32,000 nt of DNA from a virus: positions 46,962 through 78,961 of IMG/VR virus record IMGVR_UViG_3300031576_000027. One strand, 5' to 3'. Under the pieces are notes generated by a model. It was not told the origin of the DNA. It saw only the letters and a list, made by a program, of their open reading frames with translations, and did no database searches. Both the position numbers and the translations under genes were made by a program. Positions 14,797 through 22,135 of the stretch are shown piece by piece. Each line of letters starts with the position of its first letter. Within the stretch, counting starts at the first letter, position 1.

Positions 14797-15596
14797 CTGC
14801 AGCCCCGGTGGCCGATCTGGCTGCCCGCGCGGCGTTGTTCGCGCTGGCCCATCCGGCCTACGCATCGCGCGGCGCCGGGCTGTCCCACATCCAGACCACC
14901 CAGGGCGGGTGCCTGTACGGCATGTGGGTCATGGGCAACGACTACCGCAACCGATCCCGGCTGTACGGAGCCTATCCACCCGGCTACCTGCGGCGCGTCT
15001 TCGCCTTGTTCCCTGACAAGCAGCGCATCCTGCACGTGTTCAGCGGCAGCCTGACCCGGACGCAGCTGGACGAGGACTGGCTGGCGGTCAACGGTGGACC
15101 CGGGCGCCTGGAGGACGACGTGGCGGGGCAGCGATCGCGCGTGTGGGATCTGCCGGCCCAGGTGCGCTTCGACAGTGGCGCCTGCAAGGACGCCATGGCT
15201 GCCGGCCCGGATGTCATCGGCAACGCCCAGCAGCTGGCCGCCGTCCTGGCCGGCCAGAACAAGAACAAGCGCACCTGGAGGGGTGAGACGTGGCAGGGGC
15301 CGTGGATCGAAGAACCGCCGAGCCCTCCGGTGGCCTCCGGTTACGACCTGGTGCTGGCCGATCCGCCCTACACCAAGGACGACGCCAAACGGTACGGGCA
15401 ACCGCTGCCCAACAAGCGACTGGTCATCGACCAGATCCACCAGGTGACGGCGACGGGCGCGCATCTGGTGTGGCTCGACACGGCTTGGCCGATGCACAGC
15501 AAGTCGCAGTGGCGGACCTGCGGGCTGATCGGGATGGTCCGATCCACCCAGCACCGGGTCCGATTGGTGACGATCATGGAGAGGGTGGGCGCATGA
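14772..15596 (+). CDS. DNA methyltransferase (amino-MTase, motif I then DPPY)
   Basis: GTG 14772 follows gggagga. The sequence reads GMWVMGNDYRNRSRLYGAYPPGYLRRVFALFPDKQRILHVFSGS...YDLVLADPPYTKDDAKRY...HLVWLD. Confidence 0.75.
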   Translation: MGRQRQAVAAAPVADLAARAALFALAHPAYASRGAGLSHIQTTQGGCLYGMWVMGNDYRNRSRLYGAYPPGYLRRVFALFPDKQRILHVFSGSLTRTQLDEDWLAVNGGPGRLEDDVAGQRSRVWDLPAQVRFDSGACKDAMAAGPDVIGNAQQLAAVLAGQNKNKRTWRGETWQGPWIEEPPSPPVASGYDLVLADPPYTKDDAKRYGQPLPNKRLVIDQIHQVTATGAHLVWLDTAWPMHSKSQWRTCGLIGMVRSTQHRVRLVTIMERVGA

Positions 15597-15841
15597 AGAT
15601 CCACGACCTGAAATGCTGGCCGGCGCCGTGGCAGGCAACCGAGCGCGACTGGAAGACCCACGAGGTCCGCCAGGACGACCGTGGTTTCGAGGAGGGCCAC
15701 GTGCTGCTGCTGCGCGAATGGGATCCGGGGTCCAAAGCCTACACGGGCCGGCAGCTGATGCGGCGCGTCCAGTACGTCAGCCGGGGGCCCGACTGGGGGC
15801 TGCCGCACGACATGGTGGTCATGTCGCTGGGGGCCGTATGA
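15593..15841 (+). CDS. DUF3850 (ASCH/PUA-like fold) protein
   Basis: MKIHDLKCWPAPWQATERDWKTHEVRQDDRGFEEGHVLLLREWDPGSKAYTGRQL matches the DUF3850 signature. There are ATGA overlaps at both ends. Confidence 0.75.
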   Translation: MKIHDLKCWPAPWQATERDWKTHEVRQDDRGFEEGHVLLLREWDPGSKAYTGRQLMRRVQYVSRGPDWGLPHDMVVMSLGAV

Positions 15842-16026
15842 CCAAAAAACGGGCCAAGCAGATCAAGCGGCGCCCGGCCCGCCCGCAGCGCACGCAATGG
15901 GACATGGACCACGCCGACGCGATCGCGGCCTTCGATCATTGCCCATGCTGGTACGATGGGAAGGTCTGCTGCGGATGCGGCGAGGAGAAGCCCTTGTGCC
16001 AGTGGACGGTAGGTCGCCATGGCTGA
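15838..16026 (+). CDS. Small Cys-rich protein
   Basis: ATGA overlap at the start. The Cys-rich stretch is CPCWYDGKVCCGCGEEKPLC. Confidence 0.45.
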   Translation: MTKKRAKQIKRRPARPQRTQWDMDHADAIAAFDHCPCWYDGKVCCGCGEEKPLCQWTVGRHG

Positions 16027-16360
16027 CAGGCCGACCATGGATCGCGTGCGCGCGCGCGACGTCGTGCCGCACTGCTGGGGGTTGTGGTCCAGCGTCATGG
16101 ACGACAAGCCCTTCGTGAACCCGATCTGCCACGTCAAGTGGTCCGAGGACGGGTCCCGCCTCTGGTTCATGCTGGAGAGCTTCAACTTCTACAGCGCCAC
16201 GCCGGATCAGATGCTGGACCTGGTCCCGATCCAACCTGGCAAGTACATCGACATGGCCGCGGTCCGCGCCGAGCATGCCGACGTGATCAAGGCCCGCCCG
16301 CAGCCCAGCCAGCCCCCGGGCGTCTGCCCGCACTGCAACGGGACGGGCAAGACGGCATGA
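16019..16360 (+). CDS. Hypothetical protein ending in a DnaJ-type CxxCxGxG motif
   Basis: ATG 16019 overlaps the upstream 3' end. The C-terminus is CPHCNGTG. There is an ATGA overlap with the next gene. Confidence 0.5.
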   Translation: MADRPTMDRVRARDVVPHCWGLWSSVMDDKPFVNPICHVKWSEDGSRLWFMLESFNFYSATPDQMLDLVPIQPGKYIDMAAVRAEHADVIKARPQPSQPPGVCPHCNGTGKTA

Positions 16361-16731
16361 CGTCCGAGTCCCTGCTGTCGATGCTGGCGCTGTCGGGCTA
16401 CCCGGCACCGCGCGAGGTCCCGTGCGCGCGGCGTTGTCCGCGCTGCCGGTGCCACCAGCCCCACATCGTCCAGCTGCAGACCCACCGGATCGAGCGTGGG
16501 TTGCTGATCTTGCACTACACCGGGCAGACGATCTGCTGCGTCTGCAGCAATCCCGCCCCGGACGTCACGCGCCACGTCAGGCGGCGCTACGAAGTGGACG
16601 CGCTGTTGGAGGTATGGGGCAAGGCGCTGACCCGGCGCAAGGCCGGCGCCGAATCCTTTGATGCGATCGCCGGCCTCTCGCTGGATCCGTGGCGGGCGGC
16701 CCAGGTGGACCGTAGCCGGGCCCGCCCATGA
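16357..16731 (+). CDS. Zinc-ribbon paralog family member 4
   Basis: The family elements are SLLSMLALSGYPAP, RCPRC and LILHYTGQTICCVC. There are ATGA overlaps at both ends. Confidence 0.55.
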   Translation: MTSESLLSMLALSGYPAPREVPCARRCPRCRCHQPHIVQLQTHRIERGLLILHYTGQTICCVCSNPAPDVTRHVRRRYEVDALLEVWGKALTRRKAGAESFDAIAGLSLDPWRAAQVDRSRARP

Positions 16732-17162
16732 TCGAGTCCTACACGATGGGCATGGTGTCGCATCAGACGGCGGATCCGCGTGGCGTCCGCCTCCTTAGGA
16801 CCACCCACAAGGACCGCAAGGCGACACGCGCCTGGTTGACCTTGGCTGGCCTGCCGCTCAAGGTGCTGAACAACGCCAACTGCGGGGCCTGTCTGGTGTG
16901 GGGTCCGGCACCCCAACCGCGCGCGACAGCACCAAGGGCCCATGCCGCGACCGCGACCATGGAAGACGGGACCGTCCGGGTCAAGTACGTGGGTCGCGTG
17001 CCGCGCCACTACCGCCCGCTGATGCGGCAGGGCCTGCCGGTTGGGGACGCCCGCCTGGAGGCCGAGGGGCATGTCGCATGGGTGACGCGCCAGGAGCCAT
17101 GCCCGGGGGTCGGGGCCCAGGTCGTCCTGACGGTGGAGTACGTGCCGGTGGGCAAGCCGTGA
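16728..17162 (+). CDS. Zinc-ribbon paralog family member 5
   Basis: The family elements are RAWLTLAGLPL, NCGAC and VRVKYVGRVPRH. Confidence 0.55.
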   Translation: MIESYTMGMVSHQTADPRGVRLLRTTHKDRKATRAWLTLAGLPLKVLNNANCGACLVWGPAPQPRATAPRAHAATATMEDGTVRVKYVGRVPRHYRPLMRQGLPVGDARLEAEGHVAWVTRQEPCPGVGAQVVLTVEYVPVGKP

Positions 17163-17184
17163 CCACGATCGACTGGATCGGACC

Positions 17185-17535
17185 ATGACACGGCCAGACC
17201 GGCGGCGCGCCCAGCGGATCGACCAGGCGTACGCCCGCATCCCGGACATCCGGTGCCAGGGCCTGTGCGCCGAAAGCTGCGGGCCCATTGCCATGTCCAG
17301 GGTCGAGTGGGAGCGGATCTGCGAGCGACTGGGCTACGCCCCCAAGGGCCAGTCCTTGTCCTGCCCGATGCTGGCCGACGCCCGCTGCACGGTCTACGAC
17401 ATCCGGCCGGCGATCTGCCGCCTGTGGGGGGTCGCGGATGAGATGCCATGCCCTTGGGGCTGCGTCCCTGACAGGCAGCTGACCCGGCAGCTGGCGTACA
17501 GCGTCCTGGACGCCATCAGGAGGGCCGGGGAATGA
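17185..17535 (+). CDS. YkgJ-family (UPF0153, CxxCxxCC-type) cysteine-cluster protein
   Basis: The sequence reads CQGLCAESCGP...CPMLADARCTVYDIRPAICRLWG...CPWGC. Confidence 0.6.
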   Translation: MTRPDRRRAQRIDQAYARIPDIRCQGLCAESCGPIAMSRVEWERICERLGYAPKGQSLSCPMLADARCTVYDIRPAICRLWGVADEMPCPWGCVPDRQLTRQLAYSVLDAIRRAGE

Positions 17536-17951
17536 CCACCAGGTTGCAGGATGCGGAGCGCGGGGTCGTCCAGGCGGCGATCGCGGCCGAGGGGATCTGG
17601 CTGGCCTCCGGGGGTGTCAACTGGCTCAAGACCCCGTCCATCCGGGCCATTCGCGACGCCCTGGCGCGCTTGCGGGCCGTCAAGGACCAGTACGGGCCGG
17701 ACAACGATTACGCCACCAGCCTAGAGGCCGAGGTAGCCAGCCTCCGGGCAGCCGGGGAACTGGCGCTGTGGTCCCTGATGCGCCATGCCGACCAGGGGCG
17801 AGGGGATGCCGTGGTCGCCTTGCGCGAGGCCCTGGGGCCCTGCCCAGGCTGCGGCGGGCGCGGGACCTACAGCACCGGGACCTTCGGGGCCGGAGGGTCC
17901 AGCACCTGTGACCAATGCCACGGCCTAGGCACGCGGAAGGCTAAACCATGA
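17532..17951 (+). CDS. Hypothetical protein with two DnaJ-type CxxCxGxG zinc-finger motifs
   Basis: ATGA overlap at the start. The motifs are CPGCGGRG and CDQCHGLG near the C-terminus. Confidence 0.55.
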   Translation: MTTRLQDAERGVVQAAIAAEGIWLASGGVNWLKTPSIRAIRDALARLRAVKDQYGPDNDYATSLEAEVASLRAAGELALWSLMRHADQGRGDAVVALREALGPCPGCGGRGTYSTGTFGAGGSSTCDQCHGLGTRKAKP

Positions 17952-18355
17952 GCCGCATCATCAGGTTGGCCCCGTTGACCGAGGACACGCTGGCCCTGCT
18001 GGCGCTCAGGGGGATTCCCAGGCCGCCCCCATCGTCGGTCCAGACTACCTGCGAAGTCTGTGGTTCGCAGGGCCGGGTCATCCGTCTGCACCGGGTCATT
18101 CTGACGTCGTCAGCCAACGGCAAGCCCAGCTGCACCGCGGTCTACACGAACCTCGTCTACTGCGGCCAGTGCCAGGGCAGGGCACGGCAGCGCCAAGTGC
18201 TGGTAGCGCACGGCAACACATGGGCCGTAGCGGCGTACGACCTGCGGCGGGCCGTCGCCATGGCTGGGCGCCGAGGCGGCAAGGCGTGGATCCAGCAGCA
18301 GGTCACCGAGGCGCTGGGCGGCATCGTCGTCCGCGTCCGAAAGGGCCGCAAGTGA
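17948..18355 (+). CDS. Zinc-ribbon paralog family member 6
   Basis: The family elements are DTLALLALRGIPRP, TCEVC and TAVYTNLVYCGQC. ATGA overlap at the start. Confidence 0.55.
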   Translation: MSRIIRLAPLTEDTLALLALRGIPRPPPSSVQTTCEVCGSQGRVIRLHRVILTSSANGKPSCTAVYTNLVYCGQCQGRARQRQVLVAHGNTWAVAAYDLRRAVAMAGRRGGKAWIQQQVTEALGGIVVRVRKGRK

Positions 18356-18786
18356 GCCACCACGTCGCCACCAGCTACGGGCCGCGGTTGTCCGACCGCG
18401 TCGCCAGTCTCATGGCCCTGGCCGGCCTACCACACCCACCGGCCACCAAGGGCTTGCAGGTCTGGTGCGGCAGGTGTCCTGCGTCCATGCAGCAACGGGG
18501 GCCGGTCAAGCGCCGTCGCGGGCTGATCCAGCGGACCATTCGCCTGACCAAGGTGCGCATCTGGTCGTCCACAGCGGACGGGACATACGCCTTGGCCTAC
18601 TACCGCGGCCCTGTCGTAGTCTGCTCCGAGTGCGGGGTTGCTAGTGGCGTCCGGCGCCCGATCTACACCACCAAGAACACTGCGCACACCGACCAGTACC
18701 TAGCCGCGGCCGGGCCAGATGGTTGGCACATCCTGGACCACGGCGACCGCAGGACCAGGCGACAGCGCAAGGGACAGAGCCAGTGA
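18352..18786 (+). CDS. Zinc-ribbon paralog family member 7
   Basis: The family elements are RVASLMALAGLPHP, WCGRC and ALAYYRGPVVVCSEC. GTGA overlap at the start. Confidence 0.55.
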   Translation: MSHHVATSYGPRLSDRVASLMALAGLPHPPATKGLQVWCGRCPASMQQRGPVKRRRGLIQRTIRLTKVRIWSSTADGTYALAYYRGPVVVCSECGVASGVRRPIYTTKNTAHTDQYLAAAGPDGWHILDHGDRRTRRQRKGQSQ

Positions 18787-18843
18787 TCCGACAACAGACC
18801 CGACCCAGGCAGTACGTGATCGCCCGCCGGCCAAGCGTGTCAA

Positions 18844-19362
18844 GTGAGCAGATTCACCGCAGGCTTGCGCGCGCACGTGACAGACAGGCATGATGGAGGC
18901 GCTGTGGCAAAACCGACAGGCAACACCAAGGTCCCAGGCGTGCTACCGCACGGGCGACCGACCAAGTTGACCCAGGAAGTCCAGGACCGTTTCTTGGAAG
19001 CCCTGCGCGTCGGCAATTTCTACGAAGCCTGCTGCGGTTACGCCGGGATCGACTACGGGACCCTGCGGCAGTGGATGATCAAGGGAGGTCAGGGCAAGCA
19101 GCCCTATGCCAATTTTCGGCAGGCGGTACTCAAGGCCGAGGCTGACGCCGAGGCCAGGATCGTCGCCAACTGGCAGCAGCACATCCCGTCGGACTGGCGC
19201 GCGGCCCGCGACTTCCTCGGACGCCGGCACGCCGATCGGTGGGGCCCACGGGACAAGGTGGAACACAGCGGGCCTGGTGGCGCCCCGCTGCAGATCGTCT
19301 ACACCCAGGACTGGAGATCCCAGCAGGCGGCAGATGCTGAAGCTGGCGAGGAGCAGGACTGA
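18844..19362 (+). CDS. terS: Terminase small subunit (start codon uncertain: GTG 18844 or GTG 18877)
   Basis: GRPTKLTQEVQDRFLEALRVGNFYEACCGYAGIDYGTLRQWMIKG...FRQAVLKAEADAEARIV is the typical TerS HTH N-terminal pattern. It sits upstream of the packaging/head module. Confidence 0.7.
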   Translation: MSRFTAGLRAHVTDRHDGGAVAKPTGNTKVPGVLPHGRPTKLTQEVQDRFLEALRVGNFYEACCGYAGIDYGTLRQWMIKGGQGKQPYANFRQAVLKAEADAEARIVANWQQHIPSDWRAARDFLGRRHADRWGPRDKVEHSGPGGAPLQIVYTQDWRSQQAADAEAGEEQD

Positions 19363-19652
19363 TGGCGACCGAGACTACGACCGGCGGGTTGCGGTGCGGC
19401 AATTGCGGCCGTGCCGTCAACGTGCTGACGCAGGTGCCGGGGTTGCCAGGGTGGTGCGACGACTGCCTGATCGCAACGTCAGTTCCGCTCTACCCGCCGT
19501 CCTTGTTGCCGATGCCTCAACTGCCGACGAATGACCTGGCGTGGCCCAGGCTGCAACCGGACGACCGCCTGCGCCGGATTGAGGACCGCCTGGACATGCT
19601 GGCGGCGCAGCTGCAGCGGATCCTGGACGCGCTGGTCGGGGGCAAGGCGTGA
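19362..19652 (+). CDS. Hypothetical zinc-ribbon + coiled-coil protein
   Basis: The start shares a base with the terS stop. The sequence contains CGNC...CDDC, then RLRRIEDRLDMLAAQLQRILDAL. Confidence 0.5.
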   Translation: MATETTTGGLRCGNCGRAVNVLTQVPGLPGWCDDCLIATSVPLYPPSLLPMPQLPTNDLAWPRLQPDDRLRRIEDRLDMLAAQLQRILDALVGGKA

Positions 19653-20026
19653 CGGTCTGCACACACTGCGGCGGATCCGGCTGGGCGCCAGGGCGCGAGA
19701 TGGACGACGCATGCCCGCACTGCAGCGCGGGGCCAGGGCTGATCGCGCGCGAGGCCGCCTGGAACAAGACGCATCAACCGCGACGGGTGGGCGGCGATCC
19801 GCAGATGCCAGACTCGATGGAGGCGCCGGACGATCCCGCGGCGATCACGCAGCCCGGCGTCGTGGTCGGGCCGCAGCCGGCCATGCACGTCGCGCTGGGC
19901 GCGGACAGCCTGCGCCTGTCCTTCGATCAACCGGCGCAGTACGTCGAGATCAACCAGCAGGCCGCCATGGGCCTGGCCATGCGGATCCTGGATCACTTCC
20001 GGCCGCGGATCGTGCCTCCGTCGTGA
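19649..20026 (+). CDS. Hypothetical protein with an N-terminal CxxCxGxG / CxxC zinc motif
   Basis: GTGA overlap at the start. The motifs are CTHCGGSG...CPHC. Confidence 0.5.
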   Translation: MTVCTHCGGSGWAPGREMDDACPHCSAGPGLIAREAAWNKTHQPRRVGGDPQMPDSMEAPDDPAAITQPGVVVGPQPAMHVALGADSLRLSFDQPAQYVEINQQAAMGLAMRILDHFRPRIVPPS

Positions 20027-20214
20027 TCGTCTGGATCCAGGCCCAGACGTCGGGCAAGTGGCATGTCCCCGGCAAGCACGTCCGGCGCCGCGCGACGTCA
20101 GACGGATTGCAACTGCTGTGCGGCTGGGTCATCCAGGATTTCTCGCCGCAAGCCAAGACCGACCCGCCGAAGGAGGCCCGATGCACCGCCTGCGCGCGAC
20201 TGTCGAGCGTCTGA
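20023..20214 (+). CDS. Hypothetical small protein
   Basis: GTGA overlap at the start; modest protein-likeness. Confidence 0.35.
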   Translation: MIVWIQAQTSGKWHVPGKHVRRRATSDGLQLLCGWVIQDFSPQAKTDPPKEARCTACARLSSV

Positions 20215-20447
20215 TCGAGACGTGGACCGTGTGGCCGCGGATCATGTGGCTGACAGCCCCCATCATGTTCATGCCATGGGTCATCCGCGTCGTTCCATGG
20301 TTGTGGCCGCTGCAGGTCGCAATACCGATCCTCGTGCTCGCGTTGGCAGCGGCGACCAGTTGGCGGATCCGCCGCGAGCTACGCGCGATCCAGGCCATGC
20401 ACGCGCTACGAGGATCGGGACGCAGCGGGAACCGAATCCCGCCGTGA
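20181..20447 (+). CDS. Small membrane protein (two TM helices)
   Basis: RBS aggaggcccgATG. The hydrophobic segments are IMWLTAPIMFMPWVIRVVPWLW and VAIPILVLALAAATSW. Confidence 0.55.
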   Translation: MHRLRATVERLIETWTVWPRIMWLTAPIMFMPWVIRVVPWLWPLQVAIPILVLALAAATSWRIRRELRAIQAMHALRGSGRSGNRIPP

Positions 20448-20629
20448 CCGACGACGACAAGATCGAGGACGCAGCCAAGGTGCTGCACGACATGCAGGCC
20501 GACGGGCGGCGTTGCTGCTTCTGCGGCAAGCCAAAGCGCGAGGTCAAGCGCCTGGTGACCAACGGGGCCCACACGATCTGCAACGAATGCATCGGGCTGT
20601 GCGTGCTGCTACTACAGCAGGCCGAGTAG
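20444..20629 (+). CDS. Stand-alone ClpX-type C4 zinc-finger (ZBD-like) protein
   Basis: CCFCGKPKREVKRLVTNGAHTICNECIGLCVLLL aligns with the ClpX N-terminus C-x-FCGK-x3-EV-x-KL-x7-IC-x-EC-x2-LC. GTGA overlap at the start. Confidence 0.7.
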   Translation: MTDDDKIEDAAKVLHDMQADGRRCCFCGKPKREVKRLVTNGAHTICNECIGLCVLLLQQAE

Positions 20630-20638
20630 ACTGGCGGC

Positions 20639-22120
20639 ATGCCAGGACCCGTGGAGCCCAACGACCAGCGCGGCGCAATCGTCGCGGAGACATCGGACGG
20701 CGACGTCCAGGTCTACGGGCCCGATGGTGAGCAGATCGAAGCCGAGACGCCGGAAGCAGCCAGGGTCATCGGCGGGCTGTCCGGCCGGCGCATCATCCTG
20801 CCGGCACCACTGCCGCACCAGGTCCCGGTGCTGCTGCATCCTGCCCGCAACAAGGTGCTGACAGCTGGACGCCGCTGGGGAAAGACCCTGACCGGCCTCA
20901 TCTGCGTGATCGAGGGACACGGCGCGCACCGCGGGCAGCACATCGGCGCGCTGCAGGGTGGCAACATCTGGTGGGTCACCACCACCCACGGCGTGGCCAA
21001 GGCCATCTGGCGCGACCTCAAGGCGGCCCTGCGCGAGGGATGGGTCAGCAAGTCAGAAGTGGACAAGCGGATCGTCCTGCCCGGCGGCGGCGCGATCACG
21101 GTCAAATCGGCCGACAACCCGGACAGTCTGCGCGGCGAGGGTCTGGACGGCGTGGTCATAGACGAGGCCGCGCACTGCAGCCGGGACGCCTGGGAACAGG
21201 GTGTGCGCCCTGCGCTGGTGGACCGCCAGGGCTGGGCGTTCTTCATCAGCAGCCCCAAGGGTCGCAACTGGTTCTGGCAGCTGTACGAGCAGGCTGGGCG
21301 CCTGCCCAACTGGGCGCGCTGGCAGCGGCCGTCCGCGGACAACCCGACCTTTCCGCAGTCCGAGGTGGACAAGGCGCAGCAGGAATCCCCGCCCAAAATC
21401 TTCCGCCAGGAGTACCTGGCCCAGTTCGAAGCGCCCGGCGGCGCCTTGTGCCAGCAGTCCTGGTTCCAGTACTTCACCATCGAGAACCCGGCCGGCGCGG
21501 CCAAGACCACCCAGCAGGCGCGGGACGTCGTCAAGGCGTTGGGCGCCAACCAGGGTGAGCCCGAGGCGTTGGGCGTAACCTTCGTCTGCGTCAAGACGGA
21601 CGGCAGCATCAAGCGAATCCCGCGCAACACCTGCCGCGTCTTCCAGACCGTTGACCTGGCAGCCAGCGTCAAGGCATCCGCGGACTACACCGTGGTAAGC
21701 ACCTGGGCTGCGACCCCCGACCTGGACCTGCTGCTGCTGGACCGCGTGCGTGGGCGTTTCGAGGGGCCAGACCAACCGGCGCTGATCACGGGCGCCTGGG
21801 CCAAGTGGTCGCCTGCCATGATCGCGATCGAACAAGTCGGGTACCAGTTGGCGCTGATCCAGGCCATGGTCCGACAGGGGCTGCCAATCATGGCGGTGCG
21901 CCCCGACGCCGACAAGGTCAGCCGGTTCATCCCGTTCTGCACCCGCATGAAGGCCGGCGCCGTCTACTGGCCCGCCGGCATGCCATGGCTGCACGACTGG
22001 GAGGACGAACTGGTGTCGTTCCCGGACGGCGAGCACGACGACCAGGTGGACACCGCCAGCCTGTCCGTCTGCCGCGAAGTGCTGGGCGCTGCGCGCAAGT
22101 TCACAGTCCGCCGCAGTTGA
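20639..22120 (+). CDS. terL: Terminase large subunit
   Basis: Walker A-like LTAGRRWGKT and Walker B-like LDGVVIDEAAH are present. The C-terminal nuclease-like region is VDLAAS...DYTV...VGYQLALIQ...DGEHDDQVDT. The gene sits immediately upstream of the portal. Confidence 0.9.
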   Translation: MPGPVEPNDQRGAIVAETSDGDVQVYGPDGEQIEAETPEAARVIGGLSGRRIILPAPLPHQVPVLLHPARNKVLTAGRRWGKTLTGLICVIEGHGAHRGQHIGALQGGNIWWVTTTHGVAKAIWRDLKAALREGWVSKSEVDKRIVLPGGGAITVKSADNPDSLRGEGLDGVVIDEAAHCSRDAWEQGVRPALVDRQGWAFFISSPKGRNWFWQLYEQAGRLPNWARWQRPSADNPTFPQSEVDKAQQESPPKIFRQEYLAQFEAPGGALCQQSWFQYFTIENPAGAAKTTQQARDVVKALGANQGEPEALGVTFVCVKTDGSIKRIPRNTCRVFQTVDLAASVKASADYTVVSTWAATPDLDLLLLDRVRGRFEGPDQPALITGAWAKWSPAMIAIEQVGYQLALIQAMVRQGLPIMAVRPDADKVSRFIPFCTRMKAGAVYWPAGMPWLHDWEDELVSFPDGEHDDQVDTASLSVCREVLGAARKFTVRRS

Positions 22121-22135
22121 GATACCGTCACAGTC

